Assembly (NCBI RefSeq): GCF_001194135.2
Contig: NC_068995.1
Coordinates: 23,055,408 to 23,095,308, forward strand
DNA: 39,901 nucleotides
DNA from: Octopus bimaculoides
Taxonomy: Eukaryota
Direction of reading: 5' to 3'
The notes below the pieces were generated by a model. The model was not told where the DNA came from, searched no databases, and worked only from the letters and a program-made list of their open reading frames with translations. Each line of letters begins with the position of its first letter. Position 1 is the first letter of the stretch. A program made the position numbers and the translations under genes. Of the stretch, positions 1 to 11,840 are shown piece by piece.

Positions 1-353
1 CCAGCAGATGACAACGTTTCTCTAAAAGAAATGGAAAAACTTTCAAAATACAAAGACCTGGAAATAGAGATAACTCGAATGTGGAATCTAAAAACAGAAA
101 CAATTCCTATCATAGTAGGTGCCTTAGGTATAATAAAAAAATATTCAGACAAATACATAACAAAAACACCAGGACTTACAAATATATATAACATACAGAA
201 AATTGCACTACTGGGTACTGCACACATTCTACGCAAAACACTTTCAATACAGTAAACATAAGAGCACCACAGCAAACCACAGCACATACCCAAGGCGCAC
301 AGAGCTGCGCTCGGTAGTGAAGTGAAAGCACGTTATAAAAATAAAACTACTGA
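1..353 (+). mobile_element. R4/Dong-clade non-LTR retrotransposon, 3' end (family A)
   Basis: ORF 31-255 ends KYKDLEIEITRMW...IPIIVGALG...QKIALLGTAHILRKTL, the restriction-like endonuclease C-terminus typical of R4/Dong; followed by a short 3' UTR and a (TAA)n tail. Confidence 0.9.
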
Positions 354-377
354 ATAATAATAATAATAATAACAACG

Positions 378-2100
378 ATCATGGCTAATAAAAACAATGG
401 AAACGTATGGAGTAGCAGAAAATATGAGAAGTCTTTTATGGAAAAGCATGAAATGCTGCAGAACGTAAATGACAGCAGGGAATCAAGTAGTAGGAGAGGT
501 GAAAATCAAAAGAGGTATCTTCCATTGGGGCAGTGTGTACCCACTGATCTTCGTACTGGGAATGATCCCCTTGAGTGAAATACTACAGGAAAACCACATG
601 CTGTTCATGGATAATCTGAAGCTATTCACAAACACTGAGTCAGAACTGGAAATCGTAGTCCAGTCTGTGCGGATTTTCTCCAATTATATTAAGATGGAGT
701 GCTATGATAGTGATGAAAGCTTTTCAGAACAGAAGGCATATGGCTGTCAAGTGGTGAAATGGTGAAGACAATTCAACTTGAATCCAGATATAAATAGAAG
801 GGAATGCTTTACGCAGATGTAATCAAACACAATACTATGAAGAAACAGAAAAAAGAGAGTACCTGCGACGAGTGAGAAAAATATTGACTTCAAAGCTAAA
901 TGCCAGAAACATATCTTCATCAATAAACTCGCGCACAGTCCCAGTACATCGGTATGGCGCTGGTGGAATCCTGAAGTGGACAGAGGAGGAACTAAAGGTG
1001 ATGGACAGGAATTGAAGAAAGCTTCTAACGATGCATGGTGCTCATCATCCACGTGCAGACACTGATCGGCTATACATGAAGAGAGTAGAAGGAAAAAGAG
1101 TACTGAAAAGTGTGGAAGACTGCGTGCGAGAGGTTAATGAGATACCTAACCCAAAGTAAGGAAGCCTTGCTAGTGACAGTTACGAACGCGGGAGTATTGA
1201 AAATAGAGAAAAAGTGGAAATAAAGGAAGAAGTTCAAAAGGACAAGAAGAAAAATTACGCAAGAATGGTCTACACAATCAATTCCATGCAGCCTTAACAG
1301 AAGTTGCTGGAAAAAATAGGTGGGCTTGGCTGACGAAAGGAACACTAAAAAAAGAAAGAGATATCGAGAGCACTGTACTGGTAGCTTAAGACCAAGCTTT
1401 GCCCACGAACTGGAGGGTCAACCTTAGAATTGAGCAAGTGTCTCCGCTGTTCACTAGAGTGGATGAAACCATTGCCCATATCACGAACGAATGCCCTAGA
1501 CATGCTCAAAATCACTACAAGTTGTAGCGACACGACCAAGTAGTGAAATTGCTACATTAAGAAACTGTGCGAAAAGTGGGGGATAGGCAAGGAAAGACGT
1601 GGTATGAGCACAAACCGCAGTGAGTGGTGGAGTCGAAGACTAGCAAAATCTTCTGGGATTTCCCAATCCAAACAGATCAGGTGCTAGAGAATAACAGACC
1701 GGTTCTAGTGGTGGTGGACAAGAATAAACACATATGCTATGTAGTTGATGTTGTATGCCTCTTTGACCTACGAATAGTCAAGAAGGAAGGCGGAAGGATA
1801 GATAAATACAACCCTCTTGAGTACGAAGCTCGGCTACAGAAAATGATAAAGATGAAGATATTGCCAGTCACTGTTGATTCCTTGGAAACAGTCTCAGAAG
1901 GTATCAAGCGGAATATTAGTGATATTGGAATAGAGTGCCCAGTAGAACTGTTACATATGTTTTGCCTCATTGGCACGGCCAGAATAATCAGGAAAGGTAG
2001 CTGGAAAGAATGGCTACCATAATACCGTAGGCTGCAGGTAGCAAGCTCGCTATGCATGTAAGACTCTAGGAGCTCCAACGAAACCTGTGATAAAGAGAAA
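378..2100 (+). mobile_element. Degraded, 5'-truncated R4/Dong LINE (family B): RT, zinc knuckle and RLE remnants
   Basis: Frameshifted segments SWLIKTMETYG, KRGIF..PLIFVLGMIPLS..HMLFMDNLKLF (RT), EYLRRVRKILTSKLNARN, ETIAHITNECP, IFWDFPIQTDQVLENNRP.LVVVD (RLE); ends in TAA repeats. Confidence 0.9.
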
Positions 2101-2113
2101 TAATAATAATGAT

Positions 2114-2306
2114 AAAACACCAGGACTTACAAATATATATAACATACAGAAAATTGCACTACTGGGCACTGCACACATCCTACGCAAAACACTTTCAATA
2201 CAGTAACCATCAGAGCACCACAGCAAACCACAGCACATACCCAAGGCGCACAGAGCTGCGCTCGGTAGTGAAGTGAAAGCACGTTATAAAAATAAAACTA
2301 CTGAAC
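2114..2306 (+). mobile_element. Short 5'-truncated second copy of Dong family A
   Basis: Matches 163-355 with about 5 substitutions in ~190 nt; flanked by TAA repeats on both sides. Confidence 0.9.

Positions 2307-2363
<57 letters not shown>
2307..2363 (+). repeat. (TAA)n microsatellite / Dong tail
   Basis: Direct reading. Confidence 0.95.
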
Positions 2364-2364
<1 letters not shown>

Positions 2365-2474
2365 TGAATGCGTGATAGCGAGCTGCCTAGAAAGAGAGAT
2401 CAAAACTAAAACCATCACGAAGTAGGAGCTAAGAATCCCCAAGATTACGAAGGAAAAGTATCGCTTAATATAAG

Positions 2475-2590
2475 TCAATTTAGGAAACCGAGAATTTTTT
2501 TCCAAGCTTTTCTCAGATGCGCCGACACTGCAAACGTGCAGTAAAATGTAAACACGTGGACTTCCATATCTTTATATTTGAACTCCGGAA
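2475..2590 (-). CDS. Candidate terminal exon of unidentified minus-strand gene
   Basis: Acceptor aatttattcacag, then an open phase-1 frame (x)PEFKYKDMEVHVFTFYCTFAVSAHLRKAWKKILGFLN-stop. No homology recognised. Confidence 0.3.
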
Positions 2591-3620
2591 CTGTGAATAA
2601 ATTTCTAACCACATATGCCAGCTAATCTCTACAAATCCTCTATACATATGCACATTGCTGTTTTCTCGGTTCCTCGATTATATATCATTAAATATAATGG
2701 TTATACAATCCACACACGGACGTGTGTAAAGCAAACACTGAATGCACAGTATTTAAATAACTTTAATAAAAGAGGCGACAAGCTTCATTACTCCGAAACC
2801 GTGGAAAGGAACAATTCTGATGTTTGTTCGGAGATAAAGCAATAAATAAGGAATAAAGGAGAAAAAAATAGCAGCGAATTTCGTTCTGTGAGCCTCAGGC
2901 AATTGCAATACAAAAGAAGCAGCAATGTGCGTCCAGAAGTGGTTTTCTACAAAAATCTTAACGCTGTTAAGATGGATCCATCTTTTCATGCCACTGCTCA
3001 AACGAATAACAAAAAAACCAAAAGAGAATGACGGGCAGTTGGCGATGAATACAATGAAGTGATATGCGCATACTACAACGTAGCACTACATCTAAAACAT
3101 ACAAGAATAAACTGATGAAGTAAATACCCAGAGGCGTATTTCTTTTAAAAAGTTAACAATGTAAAGACGGACACATCTCTTAATGTCACTGTCCAAACAA
3201 ATAACAAAGACTATCGATGGAAAGATGACGAATACAGTAAAGTGATATACGGATACTACAATGCAAAACTATGCACAAAACACGGAGGAATAGACTAATA
3301 TGTAAATACACAATAACATGAACAATCCCAACACCATGTACTATACTAGCCCGATAGTCAATAGAACACAACTCGCACTACACACACAACACACAATACA
3401 AACACTAATACAACTGAAGACTCAAACCAAACCAAACCCCACCACAAAACACATCGATGCAATATAATACACTCCTATCGACAAAAAAAGAAATAAATAA
3501 ATTCTGCACAAAAACCTCATCAAAATGAAAATACAGTAAGTGATGTGATAGAAACTTACTTGAAACTATCAGATGTAGAATAATTATTGTGAGGATGATG
3601 ATGATTATGATGATGATGAT

Positions 3621-4640
3621 GAACTTTACCTTACCTCACATTTATGAGAGACCGCTCAGTAGGGGGATCTATACAGATGCAAACTGACCGCAACTGTTAT
3701 CTTAATAGAGCACCATCGGATAATACAGTAAAGAAGAGGAGCAGCAAAGAAAACAGGGTAGTGATGCAGTGCTATTTAGAAGGTGCATCTAAAAGAAGGG
3801 ATTATAGGAAACGGATGTTAACCCTTTGGGTACAGAATGGCATGTTTGAAGTGTATGAGCAGAGACTAGTAGACCAGGCTATTAGAAATAAGTGAATGAT
3901 AAAATTTGTGGTTGAAGAGATCACAAGAGAGTTGGAAAAGAAAGACCAGACTATAGGAAAGACAAATAACATAAGAAATACAGTTCAAACCAAAGAAGAA
4001 CGTAAATGAGAAAAAAAGTAGCACTACCAATAAGGAAGTTACAACTGGCACCAGCGGTTTAAGCGATTTAAATTAGGAAAATCAGAAGATTTTAGATGAG
4101 CTGCACGAAGCAATGGGTAAGGACGAAATAAAAAGATTACAGACAGTAAAAGATTTCAATAGAAGAAAGTTCCTAGATATGACTAGGAAAGTAGATTCTG
4201 TTATCACTAGAACAGATACCAAAAATATAAGCGGGACTAACTTATTGATTTATGCAGGAGGAGGAGTAGCTACTGAAATATTAGGTATTACTAAGGAAAG
4301 ATTAGGAACGACAAAATGTAGAGGAGATTTGAAAATAATGTGAAGACTGAGTCAACATGTGAGTAAAATAGAAACCTGGGAACTGAAGGAATGAGGAAAC
4401 CCAAGATATATATAAATCTTCTGTTGACAAAAAATACTTATTCAAAGAGAAAGGATTTGTGATAATCATGGAAGAGGTAAGCTTTCCAAATATCGGAACA
4501 GGATAGTTCAGTATCAGCAGAAGAGATTGTTTGAGACAGACCAGAGGAGATTTTATAAACTAAAAAAAATGTAGAAGAAAGTACTAAAGGGGAGAAACGT
4601 AATGGAGAATAAGCTAGAAGTTCTGGAGTAATATTCGCGA
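3621..4640 (+). mobile_element. 5' / N-terminal part of another R4/Dong LINE
   Basis: KENRVVMQCYL..RRDYRKRMLTLW..GMFEV.EQRLVDQ, TNLLIYAGG and QYQQKRLFETDQRRFY resemble the R4/Dong N-terminal region; starts directly after a (GAT)n tract. Confidence 0.75.
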
Positions 4641-5253
4641 CAAGTCAATCAGTCCTAATGGCAATGTCATTCGTTGTCAGGTACAGAACTAAATACGTCT
4701 GGCTGATTGGATAGGTGTGTATATAATATAAAATGTCGACAAGTTACATAATATTTCACCAGCTGAGATTGTGAAAACTTTTGTGCGTCGATTTTTAGTA
4801 ACTTTCCAATTCATTGCCCTTGTTTGATCTCATAACTTTTCTGCGACCTCTGAAATCTCTTCATTACTTGGCAGTGCCTTTCTTCAGCCTACCTATTGTA
4901 TTTCGCCACAGTTAATGCTCTGACGTCGGAGTTGTTTCTCGATTAGACATTTCACATTTGTCCTCACAGCTGAATTACGGTCAACGCTATGTTTTTCAAT
5001 AGATTTTGATTACTGTTTTACCAATTTAAAGCTCAAAATATATACAAAACAAAACAGACAAAAAACTGGTAATTAAAACATATGTGACAGCAAATATGGG
5101 AATGTGTCACATTAGAAAACAGGGAAAGATGAACGAAAACATTTTATATATTACTATATAGATGTGTGCACAGATACTCATACATATGCATGTCTATATG
5201 GTGGCATATGATATTCATATATGTATATATTCACACACTCACATATATATGCG

Positions 5254-5301
<48 letters not shown>

Positions 5302-5639
5302 GGATTGAGTGGTGTTGCTTTATGTATTCACAAACACATATGCAAATAATAACTGTGTATTTTTTTTTTTATCAAAATATGATTTCTGGTGGGAATTCCA
5401 ACCACTTTCCCTGGTTCGCTACCTCAACAGGTCCTTTATAGGATCCAGTAGCTAAAGACACCATCAGGCGGAACCAAGTCCGGTTTCAGCCCCTGCTCCT
5501 GTACTGTTTTCAACGTGGTGCCTTCAGCTGTGTTGTTGAATGCGTTCCTTCTTTCTTTTTTTTTTCTGTCTAGACTTCAACTGACCAATGAAGGGGAAGG
5601 GCGTGTAGTTTTAGCTAAAACCTGCTGCCAATAATGTCG

Positions 5640-7238
5640 TGTTAGTTTTAGTTCCAGCAGCCAGAGCCGACCAGCTGCTTGGTGGTACAAGCCTTCGAAC
5701 CAGGGGGAGGGGACGCTATGAACGTGACCGCTATCTTGGTCTACCTGTCAACAGCGATACTGCTTATGTGTCAACCAGCCTCACCGAGCGACGCTATTTC
5801 CCAGTCGGCATAATAAGGCTTCAAAGCCATTTTGGGTCTTCTCGCTTCAGTCATATAGAGAAGCTGACTTGTCTTTACTGCTTCCTGTATCCTCCTTATT
5901 ACTTTTCGCAGCTCTGAGCTCGAAAATGCAAACCTTCTTTTAGATAACGTCGTCATTATCCTTTCAATGAAGCCTCTAGCCCCCATTGCTAGGTGATAAT
6001 ACTCGACAGTCCATCCCTGTTCTCCGTACTCTTCGATTAATTTTTCATACTTCTTCTCCTTTCGTTGCTCTGCATTAGCGATGTTCTCTTCCCATAGCAC
6101 TCTCAGCTCTAGCAAAATTTTAAATCTCCGTTCTGTGTTCCATAGGATTAAGTCCGATCTTTTTATTGTTTTTATGAGCGGAAATATTAAGTCTTTCGAA
6201 ATTCGCGACCAGCTCCCAGTATCTCTTCCATCTTCCGTATATTTTATTTGAAGGCCTGGTCTTATGTCCTTTTCTTTCCTTCTGGAAGTATATTTTTCCA
6301 CGCTTTTCCACATTCGGGTATTCTCCCCTATTATATCCCTCGATCTTCTGCTTGAGTGCTGCGCTTATGACAAAGAGGACTTGATTGGGACACCATGTAT
6401 ATCTCTCTAGTGCTAGCCAGCAGTTTGACAGAACATGTCTCACCGTCGCTTTCTCTCCTTTTCATCAGTTTGTATGTTCCACCGGACTAAATTCGCCGGT
6501 CAGAGTAAAACGTCGAAGGTAGACTTGATCAGGAAGGATGTCCTTGATTGTTCTCAAGCCCAAAGTTCCTTCCATAAGATTCTGCGAATGCCTACAGATT
6601 CATCCCATCTCAGGCATTGTCCCTGTTGTCTACATTGCACCAAATGTACATTTCACCTTTCTTCTTCCTCCTTTCTCACGTCGTGTACCACTGCCTCTTT
6701 CATCCCTTTTACACTGCTCATGCAAATTGGCCTGAAATTGTGCAAACCTAGACCGGCTGTTGGTTATCGCCGCACCTTAGCTTCCCCATCGTCCTGTTTA
6801 CTGACTCTTCCGCTTTCCATTTTCTCCGTATTCGTACTTTTGGAGGGTTTTCTCGGATGTTCTGATCTTTCGAATAACTTAGCATCATTATTGTCCTTGC
6901 CTTTCCTGACTTATATTCTTCGGCGTTTGATATTATCGGTAATCGAAGCAGGGGTTTTCCATATAGTGCAGTTGTATTCAGTGGTCTTGGAAGAACAAGC
7001 CATTTTCTGATAAATACACTGCATCTTTGTTCCATCCTTTCTATTCTACCCGAGGCTATTTCGTACATTTGCAATGGCCACAATATCCTTGGATATTTGA
7101 ATTTCCCCAATAACATTTGAATTTCCCCAATAAAGTTGTTGCATGCATTTTGTGTTCCGATGTACCTTATATCTTATTATTACTTATGTCACTGTCCCTT
7201 AAATGGCATTTTCCTTATATTTGGTCTATAGCCTTTCC

Positions 7239-7240
<2 letters not shown>
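5640..7240 (-). mobile_element. HERO-like RLE non-LTR retrotransposon, 3' part, frameshifted
   Basis: PRILWPLQMYEI...FIRKWLVLPRPL..TALYG, HVLSNCWLALERYTW.PNQVL and RSDLILW...LELRVLWEENI..AEQRKEKKYEKL...GW...MGARGF; stop at 5771. Clade assignment is from motif recall. Confidence 0.8.
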
Positions 7241-7291
<51 letters not shown>

Positions 7292-7481
7292 NNNNNNNNN
7301 NNNNNNNNNNNNNNNNNNNNNNNNNNNNNNNNNNNNNNNNNNNNNNNNNNNNNNNNNNNNNNNNNNNNNNNNNNNNNNNNNNNNNNNNNNNNNNNNNNNN
7401 NNNNNNNNNNNNNNNNNNNATATATATATATATACATATATATGAGACACGCAAATTCGTGAAGCATTCTATACTTTTAAA

Positions 7482-7645
7482 GGCGCAGACTTTGCTGTGT
7501 AGTAAGAAGCTTCCTTCTGAACCACTTGGCTTTGGGTTAAGTTCCATTGCGTGGCACCAAGTGCAAGTGTTTTTTACTATAGCCTCGGGCCGACCAAGGC
7601 CTTGTGAATGGATTTGGTAGACGGAAATTCAAAGAGGTTTCTTGT
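7482..7645 (+). mobile_element. tRNA-derived SINE family S1, head only
   Basis: Homologous to 14674-14830 and to the reverse complement of 8155-8288 (GTGT.GTAAGAAGCTT...GCAAGTGT.TT.TACTATAGCCT.GG.CCGAC). Confidence 0.8.
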
Positions 7646-7668
7646 GTGTATGTACGTATATGCCCACC

Positions 7669-7740
7669 GGCCTATGGCGTAGTAGTTAAGAGCGCGGCCT
7701 ACTAACTCCAAGATTCAGTATTCGATTCCAGGCAGTGACA

Positions 7741-7800
<60 letters not shown>

Positions 7801-7906
7801 TCGGAAAATACCTTAGGAATGAGAACCCAGGTTCTCAAACAAGAGAGTACAAATATCTGTCAAATGTAAATAATGTACATAATACATCATCTCTCAAACA
7901 TAGAAC
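7669..7906 (+). mobile_element. tRNA-like head + (TAA)n + conserved tail element, internally deleted copy
   Basis: A-box-like TGGCGTAGTAG, B-box-like ATTCGATTCC, (TAA)n 7744-7798, and tail ATACCTTAGGAATGAGAACCCAGGTTC...CAAATGTAAATAATGTACATAA shared with 33826-33975 and the reverse complement of 32145-32335. Confidence 0.8.
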
Positions 7907-7940
7907 AACACACACACACACACACACACACAGACACATA

Positions 7941-8288
7941 TATTCTGTTACTTGTTTCAATCACTTCACTCCGGCCATACTGGAGCAGCGCTTTTGAAGG
8001 ATTTTAGCCAAAGAAATCGACCCCAGGATTTATTTTTTTAAAGCCTAGTACTTAATCTATCGGTCGAGGCGCTAATTTACGGGTACGTAAACACACCAAC
8101 ATCAGTTGTCAAGTAATGCTGGGGGACAAACATTGACACAAAGACACACACACGTTTACCAAATAGACTTACAAGACTTTGATCGGTCCGAGTCTATAGT
8201 AGAAGACACTTGCCCCAGATGACACCCAGTTGGACTGAACCCGAAACCATGTGATTAGGAATCCAGCTTCTTACCACACAACTACGCC
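7941..8288 (-). mobile_element. SINE family S1, full length (head-(GT)n-tail)
   Basis: Reverse complement aligns end to end with 14674-15118. Confidence 0.8.
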
Positions 8289-8310
8289 CATATATATAGA
8301 GAGATAGAGA

Positions 8311-8423
8311 GATAGATACATTTCTTTTATTAGCCACACAGGGCTCAACGAAGATGGGACAAATACAATGTAGAGCTTTTCTTTTTGAGAGGGGGGTAGG
8401 GAGAAAAAAAGGGGGGTCGATCA

Positions 8424-8425
<2 letters not shown>
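8311..8425 (-). mobile_element. Possible LINE 3' terminus fragment
   Basis: Minus strand ends ...GAGCCCTGTGTGGCTAATAAAAGAAA (polyA-signal-like); recognised only from memory of similar repeats. Confidence 0.3.

Positions 8426-8477
<52 letters not shown>
8426..8477 (+). repeat. (GATA)n microsatellite
   Basis: Direct reading. Confidence 0.95.
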
Positions 8478-8486
8478 TTGATCGTT

Positions 8487-8664
8487 GACTGAACATTATT
8501 CAATTTTTTCTCTCCGTGTTTTTCTCCTTGTCTCCGTATTCTTTCTGTTGAAGAGCGTAGCTCGAAACGTCAAAGACTTTCCGTATTCCCGAGCGTCATA
8601 CTAATATATACTTTTGTTATTTACACCACCTGTCCTCGTCTGTTGTTATTATTTGTATATTCTC

Positions 8665-8666
<2 letters not shown>
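8487..8666 (+). mobile_element. Penelope-like terminal-repeat fragment
   Basis: Pyrimidine-rich unit containing a minimal hammerhead-like motif and ending in (TA)n, an architecture typical of PLE pseudo-LTRs. Confidence 0.55.
8540..8576 (+). ncRNA. Minimal type I hammerhead-like motif with CUGUUGA core
   Basis: TCTTT-CTGTTGA-A-GAGC-gta-GCTC-GAAA-CG-TC-AAAGA: stem I 5 bp, stem II 4 bp, palindromic ACGT stem III, GUC triplet; one core deviation (A6>U). Confidence 0.6.

Positions 8667-8736
<70 letters not shown>
8667..8736. repeat. (TA)n microsatellite
   Basis: Direct reading. Confidence 0.95.
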
Positions 8737-8765
8737 GTATGTATATATGTATGTATGGATATTTT

Positions 8766-8963
8766 GTATCTGTCCTTCCATCACCGCTTGACAAGTAACG
8801 TAGGTGTGTTTACATCCCCGTTATTTAACGTAACGGTTCGGCAACTGATGTGCATAGAATAAGCACTAGGCTATGGAAATCAGTCCTAGTTTCGATTTGT
8901 TCGACGAAAAAAGGTGGTGCTCCAGCATGACCGCAATGAAATGACTGAAACAAGTCAAAGAAT
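8766..8963 (+). mobile_element. SINE family S1, tail only
   Basis: Homologous to 14925-15118 (GGTGTGTTTA..TCCCCGT...CCAGCATG.CCGCAAT...ATGA.TGA.ACA.GT). Confidence 0.75.
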
Positions 8964-8987
8964 ATATATGTGTGTATATATACATAT

Positions 8988-9034
<47 letters not shown>

Positions 9035-10192
9035 TCTTATGGCCTAAACATAAAAATAGATGTTTTCAGGATAACTTACTCGAAGTATTTATGTTTTATT
9101 AAAACTCTATTACCTTCTTTGATTAGATTTCAAACCTAAATTCGTCGTAGTTCTCATTTTATTTGAAAATGTTTTCTTTCGTCTTTTGAAGTTGAATTAC
9201 TCAACAAATTAACTATATGTACACAAGCACTTGTGAGTCTGTATGCAGGTCTCTTATTCACACATGTTCAGAAGCTCTTCAGATATTTAATGGCCAAATT
9301 TGTATAGCTATTATCCTCACAAACACGAACGTAATTTCTCTTATTTACGGGTGACAGGTCACCTCTGGTAAACTTGACTAACATTTATATTACGAACTGA
9401 AAATTTCTGAATATAAAAAGTAGAGATCAAATATCGTTGAAGTAAGAAAAAAAAATCATTGATACATAATGCGATTAGTAAATACTAACCTAGCTTAAAG
9501 AACTACAAATTTAATGAAATTTCTAATCTAGCGTTTCAGAAAATTTCAACTTCGAACACTTGTAGAATACTTTCAAATGTAGCTGTAAAATTGTTCGTCT
9601 TTAATCTTCTAGGAAATAACTGCGTGATGGCATATACAGCAGAGAAATCTGCCGTCAAATACGACAGAAAACAATTTATCCCTTTGAATTATTTTACACA
9701 TTCCGCACAACAAATATACAAAACTTTAAAGGAATTTCTATTTCTCATAGGTTAGGTACGGTTAATGCACACTTAATTATGTTCTTTTAATTGTACGCTT
9801 ATGAATAGAAAGGATTTAATCGATTGTATCATTTGCATGCTACAAGCTATAATTGAACATAAAAAATATAATTCTCTACTGCCAACTCGTGAAATACTGT
9901 TTTCAATAGGTATATTTGCACATATTCTAAATAACTAATTATTTATAGGGGCTTTCATTTATTTATGCTTAGGAGTTAATCCTTGTAATGAACAATTATA
10001 GTTTATGACTATATGCACACAAATCTATGCGTACTCATATAATGACACGCGCACACGCATTCAAATGCAAATATATTCATATGTCTGTGCACGGTCTTAG
10101 TTAAAGGGAAGAAGATGAGTTCCAGTAGAATTAGCTAATTGAAATCGTTAGACATGCACGCCCCCCCCCCACATATATGTATATATACGTAC

Positions 10193-10223
<31 letters not shown>

Positions 10224-11679
10224 TCCCACTGAATTTAGGTAAATAATCCTTCGAACAGACGGTTAGTAGCGACGCCTACTGGGTTCGGCTGCTCTATATT
10301 GATAAGGGGGAAAATATCCTGAAACTAGTATGTAGATGCCCGACCAGCAAGGGGAAGCGGCTGACCTCCCCTTTCCGAAGGTTATAATGGATACTGGTTT
10401 GTGTGTCACATAGCTAGCTTGAGGCGATGGCCTCTTGGAGCTAATCAACGGCAGCATTCGTCCTATTTTTCTGGACCGCCATGTTGGCTTGGCGATAACT
10501 ATTAATATCCAGTACCGTTACCGTAGTCTCCATTAGAGAGACTTTGAAATATTAATATATATATNNNNNNNNNNNNNNNNNNNNNNNNNNNNNNNNNNNN
10601 NNNNNNNNNNNNNNNNNNNNNNNNNNNNNNNNNNNNNNNNNNNNNNNNNNNNNNNNNNNNNNNNNNNNNNNNNNNNNNNNNNNNNNNNNNNNNNNNNNNN
10701 NNNNNNNNNNNNNNNNNNNNNNNNNNNNNNNNNNNNNNNNNNNNNNNNNNNNNNNNNNNNNNNNNNNNNNNNNNNNNNNNNNNNNNNNNNNNNNNNNNNN
10801 NNNNNNNNNNNNNNNNNNNNNNNNNNNNNNNNNNNNNNNNNNNNNNNNNNNNNNNNNNNNNNNNNNNNNNNNNNNNNNNNNNNNNNNNNNNNNNNNNNNN
10901 NNNNNNNNNNNNNNNNNNNNNNNNNNNNNNNNNNNNNNNNNNNNNNNNNNNNNNNNNNNNNNNNNNNNNNNNNNNNNNNNNNNNNNNNNNNNNNNNNNNN
11001 NNNNNNNNNNNNNNNNNNNNNNNNNNNNNNNNNNNNNNNNNNNNNNNNNNNNNNNNNNNNNNNNNNNNNNNNNNNNNNNNNNNNNNNNNNNNNNNNNNNN
11101 NNNNNNNNNNNNNNNNNNNNNNNNNNNNNNNNNNNNNNNNNNNNNNNNNNNNNNNNNNNNNNNNNNNNNNNNNNNNNNNNNNNNNNNNNNNNNNNNNNNN
11201 NNNNNNNNNNNNNNNNNNNNNNNNNNNNNNNNNNNNNNNNNNNNNNNNNNNNNNNNNNNNNNNNNNNNNNNNNNNNNNNNNNNNNNNNNNNNNNNNNNNN
11301 NNNNNNNNNNNNNNNNNNNNNNNNNNNNNNNNNNNNNNNNNNATATATATATATTAATAATGCTTTCTCTTTTAATTATACATGTGAGTAGCATACCGCT
11401 GTCGCCCAAAATACTGATAGTTATATTAATGATAGAAAATGGTGCATCAGAACAATGGGGAAAAGAAATCGAATAAATATATGTATATATTGAGAATTGA
11501 AGCACTTGATTAGATACAGTTGTAATGTCTCGGTTGAAAATATTATAGTCCACGTAATATGTGTGTGTGTATTTGTCTGTGTGTGTGTGTTTGACTATGT
11601 GTATGCGTGTTTGTCTCTGTGTCTGCGTGAGCGTATGCATGAAATATCCACTTTTGCATGATCACATGTATCAATTAGA

Positions 11680-11840
11680 TTTCCTACAGCCAGATGCCCT
11701 TCCTTTGCTAAACCTTATATCAGACCTGTAGGGTAATATTTCACCATGTCCATACATGTATAAATGGAAGACTGAAAACAAAGAACACTTTTTGCAAGAC
11801 AGTAACACTCGCTTGCAATTATTGCCGGATGTCAAGGCAA
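11680..11840 (-). mobile_element. SINE/RTE-tail-like fragment
   Basis: Minus strand contains AGGAAGGGCATCTGGCTGTAGGAAA, resembling the widespread RTE-type 3' tail (AGGAAGGGCATCCGGCTGTA); from recall. Confidence 0.5.

Noticed and set aside
3621-3700. HDV-like ribozyme at the R4/Dong 5' end
   Set aside because: Could not assign P1-P4 pairings by eye; needs a descriptor search.
5585-5621. CCAAT + GGGCGT + 14-bp palindrome GTTTTAGCTAAAAC as a promoter
   Set aside because: Short motifs at a LINE 3' boundary with no downstream gene evidence.
7699-7706. CTACTAAC branch-point-like motif
   Set aside because: Coincides with the anticodon loop of the tRNA-like head.
7669-7744. Functional tRNA gene (also 33375-33451, 39071-39145)
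   Set aside because: No intact acceptor stem; each is fused to repeat bodies, so they are SINE-type heads.
9613-9750. Plus-strand open 138-nt segment with a good acceptor (GNNCVMAYTAEK...EFLFLI)
   Set aside because: Isolated, with no phase partners found. It shows that such exon-like segments can arise by chance, so it is not called.
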